DNA of 64,000 nucleotides, taken from assembly GCA_016718875.1 (NCBI GenBank), contig JADKBL010000007.1, positions 73,680 to 137,679 of the forward strand. Reading direction: 5' to 3'. The notes below the pieces were generated by a model that saw only the letters and a list, made by a program, of their open reading frames with translations, did no database searches and was not told the origin of the DNA. This DNA is from Bacteroidota bacterium (GTDB lineage Bacteria > Bacteroidota > Bacteroidia > Bacteroidales > VadinHA17). A program made the translations under genes and the position numbers. Position 1 is the first letter of the stretch, and every line of letters starts with the position of its first letter. Below, one piece after another: positions 1 through 12,086 of this stretch.

Positions 1-127
1 ACATGCATGTAAGGCTATAATGAGAATAGGGAATCCGAATAATAACAATGCTTTGTGTTTCATAACAAGAGGTTTTAAATAGGGCATCAGACCTTAAATT
101 TACACTATTATTCCAACTTTTCACTGA

Positions 128-135
128 TAAGTTTG
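128..135 (+). promoter_or_regulatory. Candidate Bacteroidota -7 box (TAAGTTTG)
   Basis: Matches TAnnTTTG 42 nt upstream of the ATG at 177. No clear -33 TTTG partner. Confidence 0.3.
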
Positions 136-176
136 TTTATCAGATTAAGAGATAAATTCATTTATATCAACTGAAT

Positions 177-635
177 ATGAAAAAGTACATATTTGTTACT
201 CTGTTTTTAATTATATGCCTGAATGCTTTTTCTCAGGATATTAATCCCGGATATGACTCAGTTCTTGCACGAAAACTTGGTGCCGATGAGTACGGTATGA
301 AGAATTATGTTCTTGTTATTCTTAAGACAGGTCCGGCCATTGTTGAGCCTGGTGCAAAACGCGACAGTCTTTTTAGAGGACATATGGCTAATATAAGCAG
401 GCTTGCAGCTGAAGGAAAATTACTTGTAGCAGGACCTATAGGTGAAAACAAGATGACCTACAGAGGAATATTTATTCTGAATGTCAGAACAATTGCGGAA
501 GCAAGAGTCCTTCTTGATACCGATCCTACAGTGAAGGAGAAGATCTTTGATACAGAACTATTTCCATGGTATGGATCTGCAGCCCTGGGTGAATACCTTG
601 AGGCGGACAGTAAAATACACAGGTACAGACATTAG
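177..635 (+). CDS. Secreted YciI-like family protein
   Basis: 152-aa ORF starting at ATG. N-terminal signal peptide (MKKYIFVTLFLIICLNAFSQ). The core resembles the YciI fold pattern (..GHMANISRLAAEGKLLVAGPIG...DTDP..). Confidence 0.6.
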   Translation: MKKYIFVTLFLIICLNAFSQDINPGYDSVLARKLGADEYGMKNYVLVILKTGPAIVEPGAKRDSLFRGHMANISRLAAEGKLLVAGPIGENKMTYRGIFILNVRTIAEARVLLDTDPTVKEKIFDTELFPWYGSAALGEYLEADSKIHRYRH

Positions 636-1109
636 TTATTTGACCAAACCACCCTCTTCCATTAATACATTATAGAAGTAGCCATAGCCAAAATCCTTAT
701 CGAGGCTTATTTTTCCCTCAAAGGTTACTGTATCTCCAACTGATGCAGCCTGAAGAGTGGTAACCGTAAGGTCATAAACACCTTCAGCTTCTGTGCCATC
801 CTGAATATGAATCCAGTTTTTGCCCATTATCTCTTCATTTACCTTGGTGACAACACCTTTTACTTTTATTGTCTTGCCTGAGAATGATTTCTTATCAGCC
901 ATCAGTCTGCCTATTGTAATGCAGCTCTCGCAAGGTGTGATTTTTATATCAGCTTTTACAGCAACGGGCTTAACCTGATGCTGCTGCCCTGTCATAGGCA
1001 TATTTTGATTCTTTTCCTCAAATGATTCCTTAACAAGAGGGCCTGATCCGGGACCTTTGCATGAGGCAATTGTAAATGATAACAGGAGGAAGGCAATAAA
1101 CTTATTCAT
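636..1109 (-). CDS. Lipoprotein of unknown function (possible OB-fold C-terminal domain)
   Basis: Internal ATG at 1109 gives MNKFIAFLLLSFTIASCKG, a lipobox. The longer track ORF (to 1193) would read through the upstream terminator hairpin. No catalytic motif recognised. Confidence 0.55.
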   Translation of the reverse strand: MNKFIAFLLLSFTIASCKGPGSGPLVKESFEEKNQNMPMTGQQHQVKPVAVKADIKITPCESCITIGRLMADKKSFSGKTIKVKGVVTKVNEEIMGKNWIHIQDGTEAEGVYDLTVTTLQAASVGDTVTFEGKISLDKDFGYGYFYNVLMEEGGLVK

Positions 1110-1140
1110 GGCTATAAAATGATTATTGTTTGGTTCATTA

Positions 1141-1182
1141 ATAAAACAAATCCTTTGCCGCTCAGACGAAGGCAAAGGATTT
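1141..1182 (-). terminator. Rho-independent terminator after the cytochrome gene
   Basis: 12-bp perfect stem (aaatcctttgcc / ggcaaaggattt) with an 11-nt loop. It is followed on the minus strand by GTTTTATT. Confidence 0.6.
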
Positions 1183-1205
1183 GTCAGACTCATTCTGCTG
1201 TTATA

Positions 1206-1739
1206 TTATTTTTTTGCAGCAGGATTCGGATGAGCTATTTTTGCAGAATACTCAGCAAATTTGAAATCCTTGTGGAAAGGGTTTTCAGGATTATGGCATG
1301 TTTTGCAAACCTTCTCATCAGGAATTATCAGACCATTTTTGAGAGCCAGAGCCTGATTCTTCATGATTGTTGGTGATTTGTATGCACTTCCAGGACCATG
1401 GCATGATTCGCATGATACACCTTCTGTGGCAAGAATGCCTCCGCGAAGATTAGCTGCTACTGCATCATAGGTTGAGTGGCACTTAAGACATTTGGCTTCT
1501 TTTGTAGGATCTGCAATTCCATTCTTCTTTGCATAATCGAGTGATTCCTTGCTTGCAAGTGATTTAAGGGCCTGTGAATGCTTATCCTTTGCCCACTTGT
1601 TGAACTGCTCACCAGTGGCTGGTTTGTTATGACATACCTTGCACTTATCAGCACCTATATATTTGAAGGTTTGTGCCGAAACTGTCCCTGCGATAAGAAG
1701 AGACAGGCAAATTACGAACAGATTTTTTTTATTCATCAT
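1206..1739 (-). CDS. Tetraheme c-type cytochrome (cytochrome c554-like small multiheme family)
   Basis: Signal peptide plus four CxxCH motifs (CKVCH, CLKCH, CESCH, CKTCH) in 177 aa. Confidence 0.85.
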   Translation of the reverse strand: MMNKKNLFVICLSLLIAGTVSAQTFKYIGADKCKVCHNKPATGEQFNKWAKDKHSQALKSLASKESLDYAKKNGIADPTKEAKCLKCHSTYDAVAANLRGGILATEGVSCESCHGPGSAYKSPTIMKNQALALKNGLIIPDEKVCKTCHNPENPFHKDFKFAEYSAKIAHPNPAAKK

Positions 1740-1804
1740 GACGTTTTAAGTTAAGTTTAAATCTGATTTGGTTTTATTGGTTTCTGGTTATTTTGCTCTT
1801 TGTA

Positions 1805-1812
1805 CAAATATA
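1805..1812 (-). promoter_or_regulatory. Candidate -7 box (TATATTTG on minus strand)
   Basis: TAnnTTTG match about 66 nt upstream of the cytochrome ATG at 1739. Confidence 0.3.
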
Positions 1813-1935
1813 ATACAAATTGGATACCATAATTTTCAAAAACTGATAAACACGAGGAAATCGGAATTTAATATCCCTCCAACAGCTTGAATTATCGGGG
1901 GCTTTTGTTATTTTTGCACCTTCTAATTTTTTTTT

Positions 1936-3524
1936 GTGGACCTCAGAAGCGAAATAAGCAGGAGAAGAACCTTTGCCATAATCAGTCACCCGGATGCTGG
2001 CAAAACTACACTTACAGAGAAGCTACTTCTTTTCGGCGGAGCTATACAGACAGCTGGTGCGGTAAGGAGCAACAAGATAAGGAAAACAACCACATCCGAC
2101 TTTATGGAGATTGAGAAGCAGAGAGGGATCTCTGTCTCAACTTCGGTTATGGCTTTTGAATACAATAATATCAGGATCAATATCCTTGATACACCTGGGC
2201 ATAAAGATTTTGCAGAAGATACTTATCGTACCCTTTCTGCTGTCGACAGTGTCATTCTTGTTGTCGATTCGGTTAAAGGTGTTGAGGAACAAACCCGCAA
2301 GCTCATGGAGGTTTGCCGTATGAGGCATACTCCTGTAATGATTTTCATAAACAAGATGGACAGGGACGGAATGAGCCCGTATGATCTGCTTGATGACCTT
2401 GAGAAGGAACTTCATATAGCTGCATGTCCATATACCTGGCCCATTGGAAGCGGTAAACAGTTCAGGGGTGTTTATAATATTTTCAAAAGGAGATTCAGCT
2501 GTTTGCTCCTGAAAAACAGGCATACCTGAAAGTCTGATATGTACACGTGATATACAGATCCAAAGCTCAAAGAACTTGTAGGAGAGGAGAATATATCAAA
2601 GTTATGGGAAGAAGTGGATTTCATTGAGGATATGTTTGAAACTTTCAATATGTCTCTCTACCGCGAAGGCTATCTGGCCCCCTTGTTTTTTGGAAGTGCC
2701 CTCAATAATTTCGGTGTCCTCGAGCTGCTCGAGACTTTCCTTGAAATTGCCCCCTGTCCTGGTCCGGTAGAATCATCCTTGCGTCAGATAATACCTTCTG
2801 AAAAGCAGCTTACAGGTTTTGTTTTCAAGATTCATGCTAACCTTGATCCTAATCATCGCGACAGGATCGCCTTCCTTCGTATCTGCTCAGGTAAATTTGA
2901 AAGGAATAAGTTTTTTTATCACACAAGGATAAAAAAGAACCTGAGATTCTCTTCACCGGCAAGTTTCATGGCCAACAACAAGAGTATTGTTGAAGAGGCA
3001 TTTCCAGGTGATGTTGTAGGTCTTTATGATAATGGAAATTTCAAAATCGGAGATACTCTTACTGAAGGAGAAGAGCTTTATTTTCAGGGAGTTCCGAGTT
3101 TTTCACCGGAGATTTTGAAGGAAGTCATCAATCTCGACCCGATGAAAACAAAACAGCCCGAAAAGGAGTATGGCAGATGACTGATGAAGGAGTTGCACAG
3201 CTCTTCCTGCAGCAGCCTGGTAACAGGAAAATAATTGGAACCGTAGGTGAATTGCAATATGAAGTAATCAGGTTCAGACTTGAACATGAGTATGGAGCAA
3301 AATGCAACTTTACAAGCCTCCCTTTTGTAAAAGCCTGCTGGATAACCACTGACGACAAGAAAGAACTGGAGGCATTTATCCGGAGGAAACCGGGTGCTAT
3401 AGCATATGACAAGGAAAATAATCCTGTCTTCTTTGCCGAAAGTGAATGGATGCTCCGACTTGCCAGGGAGAATTTCCCCTCAATAACTTTCCACGAAACT
3501 TCAGATTTCAAGCTTAATATTTGA
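1936..3524 (+). pseudogene. prfC: Peptide chain release factor 3 (RF3 GTPase), frame broken about 5 times in this assembly
   Basis: Three track ORFs (1936..2529, 2614..3180, 3177..3524) together give a full RF3. Recognised segments: [66 protein letters not shown], and the [10 protein letters not shown] tail. Breaks lie near 2488-2560 and 3160. The start is GTG, or is lost in the upstream T-run. Confidence 0.85.
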
Positions 3525-3639
3525 TTTTGTATTCACTGAGGAAGTGATATTTGCAATTATTTTCTGAAAATGAACAATTTGGGATTATAATTGTCTTACA
3601 TCGTAGATTTCTTAAGGGTAAACCAAAAACTTCTTCAGT

Positions 3640-5592
3640 ATGGCAACATCTAACCCGGGGGCCTACATACCCCATAAAGTCCTTTTCAAAGATTCATATG
3701 TTTCTTCAATGGAGGAATATCACAAAATGTATTCCGACAGTATCAAGAACAGTTCAAAATTCTGGGAACGGCAGGCCAGGGAGCTTCTTCACTGGCAGCA
3801 CGATTTCCAGATGGTGAGTGACTGCGATTTTTCAGAAGGATTAGTTTCTTGGTTTCTCGGGGGGAAACTAAACGCATGCGAGAATGCAGTAGACAGGCAT
3901 GTACAGGAACGCGGTGATCAGGTTGCTATAATTTGGGAACCGGATGAACCCGGTAAAGAAGTAAGAATAACATACAGGGAACTCCAAAGAAAAGTTTCCA
4001 GGATGGCTAACGTATTAAGACATAACGGTATACGCAAGAGAGACAGGGTGGCTATATATATGCCCATGATACCTGAAGCTGTTTATGCCATGCTTGCATG
4101 TGCCAGGATTGGTGCGGTTCATTCGGTTGTATTTGCCGGATTCAGTGCCGAATCGCTTCGTGACAGAATAAACGATGCAAAATGCAAGGCAGTTATAACA
4201 GCCGATGAGGCGGTGAGAGGTAAGAAGATAATTCCACTAAAAAGGATGGCAGATGAGGCTGTAATGGCCTGCCCTTCTGTAGAGCATGTATTTATTACAA
4301 GAAGGACAGGTAATAAAGTCCCATTCTATCCTCCCCGTGACATTTGGATGGATGAAGCGATGGAAGGAGAAAGGCCTTATTGCCCCATTGAACACATGGA
4401 CTCGGAGGATACATTATTCCTGCTTTATACTTCAGGCAGCACCGGCAAACCAAAAGGAGTATCACATACAACTGCGGGATATTTACTATACTCAGCGCTA
4501 ACACATAAGTATGTCTTTGATTACAAGCCTGGTGAGGTTTATGCCTGTGTCGCGGATATAGGGTGGATAACGGGTCATTCTTATGTCGTTTACGGCCCCT
4601 TGTTGAATGGTGCTACAACAGTACTGTTTGAAAGTATCCCGACCTATCCTGATGCAGGAAGGTACTGGGAGATGGTTGAAAGACTTAAGATTAACCAGTT
4701 TTATACCGCCCCGACTGCCCTTCGTGCCATACAGCGTGAAGGTGACGCTTTTGTTACAAAATACGACAGATCTTCACTAAGAATACTTGGTACAGTTGGC
4801 GAACCAATTAATCCTGAAACTTGGAAGTGGTATTACAATGTGGTTGGAAACGGAAAATGCTCAATTGTTGATACCTGGTGGCAAACAGAGACAGGTGGTA
4901 TACTTATAACTCCTTTGCCCGGGGCAATTCCGACTAAGCCCGGATCGGCAACTCTGCCTTTCTTTGGCATTGAAGCAGTCCTTCTTACGGCTGAGGGAGA
5001 AGAGATCAAAACAACTGAAGGTTCAGGACTTCTTGCAATTAAGGGTCCATGGCCAAGTATGGCCCGTACAATACAGGGAGACCATATGCGGTTTTATGAG
5101 ACTTATCTTAAACAGTACAAAGGATATTATCTTACAGGCGACGGGGCAACAAGGGATGAAGACGGCTATTACTGGCTTACTGGTCGTGTTGATGATGTGA
5201 TGAACGTTTCAGGTCACAGGATCGGTTCTGCAGAAATTGAAAGTGCCCTTGTGTCACATCCTTTCTGTTCAGAAGCTGCCGTTGTTGGTTATCCTCATGC
5301 AATAAAAGGCGAAGGTATCTTTGCTTATGTCATCCTTAAGGAAGGTTATGAAGCCGATGAAGAGCTTGTTGGAGAACTCAGGAATGAGGTCAGAAGACAC
5401 ATCGGAGCATTTGCAACACCCGATCAGATACTTATAACACCGGGACTTCCCAAGACACGTTCAGGTAAAATAATGAGGAGAATTCTCCGGAAAATTGCAT
5501 CGGCAGAAACAGAGGACCTTGGTGATATATCAACACTGGCCGATCCTGCAATAGTTGAGACTCTTATCAAATTAAGAGGTGAACTAAGCTAA
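3640..5592 (+). CDS. acs: Acetyl-CoA synthetase (AMP-forming)
   Basis: 650 aa. Contains the YTSGSTGKPKG AMP-binding motif, WWQTETGG, and the C-terminal PKTRSGKIMRR. Confidence 0.95.
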   Translation: MATSNPGAYIPHKVLFKDSYVSSMEEYHKMYSDSIKNSSKFWERQARELLHWQHDFQMVSDCDFSEGLVSWFLGGKLNACENAVDRHVQERGDQVAIIWEPDEPGKEVRITYRELQRKVSRMANVLRHNGIRKRDRVAIYMPMIPEAVYAMLACARIGAVHSVVFAGFSAESLRDRINDAKCKAVITADEAVRGKKIIPLKRMADEAVMACPSVEHVFITRRTGNKVPFYPPRDIWMDEAMEGERPYCPIEHMDSEDTLFLLYTSGSTGKPKGVSHTTAGYLLYSALTHKYVFDYKPGEVYACVADIGWITGHSYVVYGPLLNGATTVLFESIPTYPDAGRYWEMVERLKINQFYTAPTALRAIQREGDAFVTKYDRSSLRILGTVGEPINPETWKWYYNVVGNGKCSIVDTWWQTETGGILITPLPGAIPTKPGSATLPFFGIEAVLLTAEGEEIKTTEGSGLLAIKGPWPSMARTIQGDHMRFYETYLKQYKGYYLTGDGATRDEDGYYWLTGRVDDVMNVSGHRIGSAEIESALVSHPFCSEAAVVGYPHAIKGEGIFAYVILKEGYEADEELVGELRNEVRRHIGAFATPDQILITPGLPKTRSGKIMRRILRKIASAETEDLGDISTLADPAIVETLIKLRGELS

Positions 5593-5609
5593 TGGTGAAG
5601 ATTTGCTGA

Positions 5610-7208
5610 TCAGACTGATACTGGCAGGGTGAATATAAATTTGCTGCCTTTGCCAGGTAAACTTTCTGCCCGGATTTTTCCGTTATGTTTTTCTACAAAT
5701 TCTTTGCAGAGCAATAATCCCAGGCCTGTTCCCTTTTCTTTTGCAGTGCCTTTGGTAGTTGCTAACTGAGATATATCGAATAGCTTAATTAAATCCTGAG
5801 GTTCTATTCCAATTCCGTTATCGGAAACGGTTATTGTCACATTTTCAGCATCCTTATCTGCAATAATTTGTATTTCCCCGTTTCTGTTTGTAAATTTTAT
5901 AGCATTTGAGACAAGGTTCCGCAAAATAATTTTTAGCATATCAGCGTCTGCAAAAACAGATAAATGGTCTAATCTGGAATAATCAATTGAAATGTCTTTT
6001 GCACTGGCTTTCTGACTCAGAGTTTTAAGGATTTCGACACAGATATCTGTAAAACTCAGATTATGTGGTTCGAAAGGAATAATACCCTGTTGTTTTCTTG
6101 CCCATATTAATAATTCATCAAGGAGATCTGATGTGTTTTTTGTCAGTTTATTTATGTCATTTGCAATAGCTCTGATTTCGTCTGCATTAAGTTTGCTCTT
6201 ATCTTCCATCAGCACTTCTGACAGACCAAGAAGGTTATTTAATGGACTTTTAAGATCATGTGAAAGGATTGTTATAAAAAGGTCTTTATCAGTATTAAGC
6301 TTTTTTAATTCACTGTTCTGATGTTGTATTACTGATTCTGATTCTTTAAGGCTCGTATTATTTCTTGCAACTCCTAATAATTCGTTTGGAGCAGTCTTCA
6401 CTAAACGCATTTCAAAATGCTGTTTGCCTTTTGGAAAATCAATAGAATACTCAAAAATCTGAAGCAGATCGGTCTCTAAGGCTTTCTTAATGGCATGCAT
6501 TCCCTGTTCCGCAATTTTTGCAGGCATTACTTCATTTAGTGTTTTTCCTATGAACAATTCCTTTTCAAGCATTAATGTATCAAATTTGCTGCACTGGCTA
6601 TCAAGGAATGTCCCTTTCGCATCAAAATAAAACAACATATCGGGCAGCGCCGACATTGTAGTTCGGTATTTTTTTTCACTTTCCTCAAGTGTTTGCTTGA
6701 CTATAATGCGTTCAGTAATTTTTGAAATCCTTTCGGCATAATTGTCAATAAGATTTTGTTCAAAAAAGTCAATAAAGGGCAGATTTTCCTTGTAAGTGAC
6801 AATTAATTCTCCTGCAGGTTTTTTAAACAGATTAATCGGTGAAGACAAAATTTTCCGGGTTTTGTGTATTTTGAAGTTTTTGAGATTACAGTACTTTTTA
6901 TTATCGATTTCAAGATACAATAACCTTCCCGGGAATGCCATACTATCAGGGACAACATTATTAACAAATTCCTGATATATATCTTCCAGATTATTATATT
7001 CTTCTGTTAATTGGCCTAGTAGAAAAATACCGTTTAATTCTTTTATTCTTTCATGTGAATTATCTTCACAATCTTTTAGTGATTGTTCAGTCTTCCTGAG
7101 TTTATCAATATCAGCCAGGGATCTTCTATTTAATAAATTGTATTCCTCCTGTAATAAGTTAAACTCCTTTTGAAGTTCTTTATCGCTGATCAGCTTTTTA
7201 TTCATCAT
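5610..7208 (-). CDS. PAS-domain sensor histidine kinase
   Basis: Coiled-coil and PAS N-terminus. HisKA H-box (ILSHDLKSPLN), N-box (LRNLVSNAIKFT) and G-boxes (DNGIGI, GTGLGL). Confidence 0.85.
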   Translation of the reverse strand: MMNKKLISDKELQKEFNLLQEEYNLLNRRSLADIDKLRKTEQSLKDCEDNSHERIKELNGIFLLGQLTEEYNNLEDIYQEFVNNVVPDSMAFPGRLLYLEIDNKKYCNLKNFKIHKTRKILSSPINLFKKPAGELIVTYKENLPFIDFFEQNLIDNYAERISKITERIIVKQTLEESEKKYRTTMSALPDMLFYFDAKGTFLDSQCSKFDTLMLEKELFIGKTLNEVMPAKIAEQGMHAIKKALETDLLQIFEYSIDFPKGKQHFEMRLVKTAPNELLGVARNNTSLKESESVIQHQNSELKKLNTDKDLFITILSHDLKSPLNNLLGLSEVLMEDKSKLNADEIRAIANDINKLTKNTSDLLDELLIWARKQQGIIPFEPHNLSFTDICVEILKTLSQKASAKDISIDYSRLDHLSVFADADMLKIILRNLVSNAIKFTNRNGEIQIIADKDAENVTITVSDNGIGIEPQDLIKLFDISQLATTKGTAKEKGTGLGLLLCKEFVEKHNGKIRAESLPGKGSKFIFTLPVSV

Positions 7209-9602
7209 CTAAATATTACAGTTCTTATTGATTAATTCATACAATAATGATTTTTTAATAGGTTTTGTAATATAATCATTGCATCCCGCTTCAATTGCTT
7301 TTTCTTTGTCGCCCGGGAATGCAAAAGCAGTTTGGGCAATTATTATTACATCTTTATTGAATAAACGGATTTGTCTTGTGGCTTCAAGTCCATCCATTTT
7401 TGGCATTCTGATGTCCATAAGTATCAGATCAAGATCAGGATTGTTACGACAGGCTTCTATTGATTCAATACCAGTTATTGCATGAGATATTTCATTTCTG
7501 TTATTCTGGAGCATCCTGGTGATAAGTGATGATGATATTTCGTCATCTTCCACTATTAATATTTTCAGTATTTTTAAATCAATATCTTTTTGTCCTTCAA
7601 AAGGATTTATATGTATTTCCGTACTCTTCTCATATACCGGATTATATGGAATAGTAAAATAGAATGTTGAGCCTCTTGCTTCTTCGCTTTCCAGCCATAT
7701 TTTCCCCCCAAGCATTTCAACAAATGACTTGCAGATCGCTAATCCGAGCCCACTGCCTTCATACCCTCTGTTATATGATTCACTGCCCTGCCTGAATCTC
7801 TCAAAAATAATTTCATGCTGATTCTGCGGAATGCCCACTCCAGTGTCTTTTACATAGAATTCAAGATAAGCCGCCTTTTTTATATATCCGAGTTCAATTG
7901 AACCATCATACGTAAATTTAATTGTTTTTCATTATCGGTTTTAATAATCGCATCTTTTGAGAGCAATCCGTTTCGAAATGTAAATTTCAGCCCTTTTATC
8001 TCAGTTTCGGGCTTAAAAAATTTATATGTGAATTCAATTTTTTCATTAATATCTGAATCATTAATATCAACTACAGTTAGTCCTGATTCAATTTTCGAAA
8101 TGTCCACAATATTATTGATCGTATTTAACATGCGGGCACCACTTATCTGGATAGTATTTATAAAATCATTTTGTTCATCACTTGATAAATTAGGTTCTTT
8201 CAGAAGTTCAGTAAAACCTATTATTCCATTCATTGGAGTACGGATCTCATGGCTCATATTTGTCAGAAAAGCTGATTTAAGGCGATCGCTCTCTTCGGCT
8301 TTTTCCTTAGCACTTATCAGTTCAGTCTCTTTCTTTTTTCTTTCTGCTATCTCCTGAAAAATTTCAAGCATAGCTTTTTTACCCTGGTATATCATTCCGG
8401 TATGACTGATCTCATATATGCTGTTACCTATAACTCCTTGTGATTCATAAACATTCGTTTCTCCGACATTAATACCTTCTATCAGGGGGCAATTATTGCA
8501 TTGCTTTTTATCATCCCTGTATAAATCCCAGCATTTTTTCCCGATAGAATTTTCCCCTGTTATTCTTTTTAAAATATCATTCTGGAATAATATGGTGCCG
8601 GTTTCATCAACAATATCCATTCCGAATGGTATCGTTTTAAGAAGGATATCGCTGAAGGCCAGGCTGTTTTTAAGATCTTCCTCTGCTAGTTTTCGTTCGT
8701 TTATTTGTATATTAAGTTCTTTGTTTACAATAATCAGTTCCAAGACAAGCTTTTCTTTCTCTTTTGCCAGCATGAGTTCTTTGTTCGTAAAGATGATCTC
8801 TGCTGCGCGTTTTGCTTTTTCTATATTAGCTATAACAAGCTCAGCTGCACGCTTTGCTTTCTCTACAGTGGCTATGATGAGCTCAGCAGCGCATTTTGAT
8901 TTTTCACTTTTTTGATATATGAGTTCCTTGTTGGCAATGACTAACTCGGCCGAACGTTTTGCTTTTTCTACGTTGGCAATCACTAATTCGGCTGCACGTT
9001 TTGCCTTCTTAATATTCGCAATTACTAATTCTGCTTCTCGTTTTGATTTCTCTGCTTCAGCAATATTTAATTCTGCCGCACGCTTTTCCTTCTCACACAC
9101 CTGGTATGAAAGTTCTTTGCCTGCAATAACCAATTCAGCTGCAAGTTTTGCTTTCTCAATGTTAGCAATGACCAACTCTGCTTCACGTTTTGTCTTATTT
9201 ACGTCAGCAATTACCAACTCTGCTGCAAGCTTTACTTTCTGTTCATTTTGTCGCGTAACTTCTTTATCTGCAATGATTAATTCATCTATTCGTTTTTCTT
9301 TTTCTAAGTTTGCAATGACTAATTCTGCCGCACGTTTTGCCTTCTCTGCATTGGCAATTACCAATTCTGCCGCGCGTTTTGCTTTTTGTGACTTAGCGAC
9401 TACTAACTCTGCCGCACGCTTTGCTTTTTCTTTTGTTAGCTATTACCAATTCCGCCGCACGTTCTGCTTTATCCTTTTTAGCAACATCAAGTTCTGCCGA
9501 TAGTTTCTCTTTTTCTTCGTTTGCAATTACCAACTCCGCTGCAAGTTCTGACTTCTCTTCATTGGCAATGACTAACAAATCGCTCTTTGCTTTCTTCGTC
9601 AT
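7209..9602 (-). pseudogene. Hybrid sensor kinase/response regulator with a heptad-repeat N-terminus; 2 frame breaks
   Basis: Track ORFs 9393..9602, 7880..9364 and 7209..7838 join into: repeat region, PAS, HisKA (MSHEIRTPMNG), HATPase (GSGLGLAICK) and a REC domain (LMDIRMPKMDG). Breaks lie near 9370-9400 and 7880 (A-run). The segment between ..IIKTDNEK and TIKFTYDG lacks a recognisable N-box. Confidence 0.75.
8690..9602 (-). repeat. In-frame tandem coding repeats of 42 nt and 63 nt (AELVIANxEKAKRA units)
   Basis: About 20 copies of (A)AELVIAN-x-EKAKR(A). Units are 14 aa, or 21 aa (..ANKELxYQxxEKxK..). Both lengths are multiples of a heptad, so this is a coiled-coil stalk. Confidence 0.85.
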
Positions 9603-9816
9603 ATCATTAATTGTATAGTTGGAAGCAATTAAAACCAGTTAAAACAAAATTGATTTTGCTGCTTAATACAGTGTATAAGGCATTACAGGGCAAAGGTAAG
9701 CCCGGTGATTCCTTTTTGCCTTACACAATTGCTATAAGAAGTTACATTATTCACACTTATTCTTGTGGCAATTAATGATTTACAAAATGACATTTTCTCG
9801 GTTTGCAATCATTACC

Positions 9817-11507
<1,691 letters not shown>

Positions 11508-11553
11508 GTGTTAGTTTTTCAAACAGTTCTCTTCTTAAATACTTTATGTATTA

Positions 11554-11952
11554 TTAATTAACAACAACAGTGCCTTTCATTGTAGTATGTACCTTGCAGT
11601 GGTACAGGAATGTTCCTGCCGTGGTGAACTTATGAGTAAAAGTTCCATTGGCGGCAAGATCTCCGCTGTCAAATATGCCGGTATCGCTTGTAACTGTATG
11701 AACAGCACCGTCTTTGTTTGTCCAGGTAATTGTTGTTCCTGCAGTTACAGTTATTTTATCGGGATTGAATGCAGAGCCCTGTATCCATACCTCGTTGGTG
11801 CCGGGTCCGGTACCGGTGCCTGTAGGAGTCTTACCTGTATCAGGCATATCAGCCATGCTGTCTTTACTGCAGCTGGCCGTAACTGCCAGTGTTATTAAAA
11901 TAACAATAATGACATTTGAAACATTTATCTGATTTAAAACTGACTTTTTCAT
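11554..11952 (-). CDS. Amicyanin/plastocyanin-like blue copper lipoprotein
   Basis: Lipobox (LAVTASCSKD). Type-1 Cu ligand pattern: H (GAVHTVT) and C-x2-H-x2-M (YHCKVHTTM). Start taken at the internal ATG (MKKSVLNQ). Confidence 0.8.
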   Translation of the reverse strand: MKKSVLNQINVSNVIIVILITLAVTASCSKDSMADMPDTGKTPTGTGTGPGTNEVWIQGSAFNPDKITVTAGTTITWTNKDGAVHTVTSDTGIFDSGDLAANGTFTHKFTTAGTFLYHCKVHTTMKGTVVVN

Positions 11953-12086
11953 AGTTCCGGATTTAAATTGCCTTGTTCTGTTAAACAAACCGGAACGTAT
12001 AAAGTTTTTCAGATGGAGGTTAATTTTAAATTTTTAAGAAGTGATGTCAGTGATTTTAAATCTGTATATCCTGTAAAAGTTTCTGT

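Noticed and set aside
1774-2114. Short ORFs (1774..1989 minus, 1887..2114 plus) in the cytochrome-prfC spacer.
   Set aside because: They overlap the prfC 5' end and promoter region, use non-ATG starts, and have low-complexity or unrecognisable sequence.
1936-3524. Programmed ribosomal frameshift, as in release factor 2.
   Set aside because: The gene is RF3 (GTPase motifs), not prfB. There are several breaks, scattered and associated with homopolymer runs. The same pattern affects unrelated genes.
8690-9602. A regular ~42-nt periodic repeat that could be mistaken for a CRISPR array.
   Set aside because: The units are contiguous with no unique spacers. They are in frame within a kinase gene and encode heptad-multiple coiled-coil units. 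No cas genes are present.
8496-9618. Plus-strand ORFs (8496..8915, 8919..9503, 9421..9618) encoding SAARFAFS-type repeats.
   Set aside because: They are antisense shadows of the minus-strand coiled-coil repeat. Their low-complexity translation mirrors the sense repeat.
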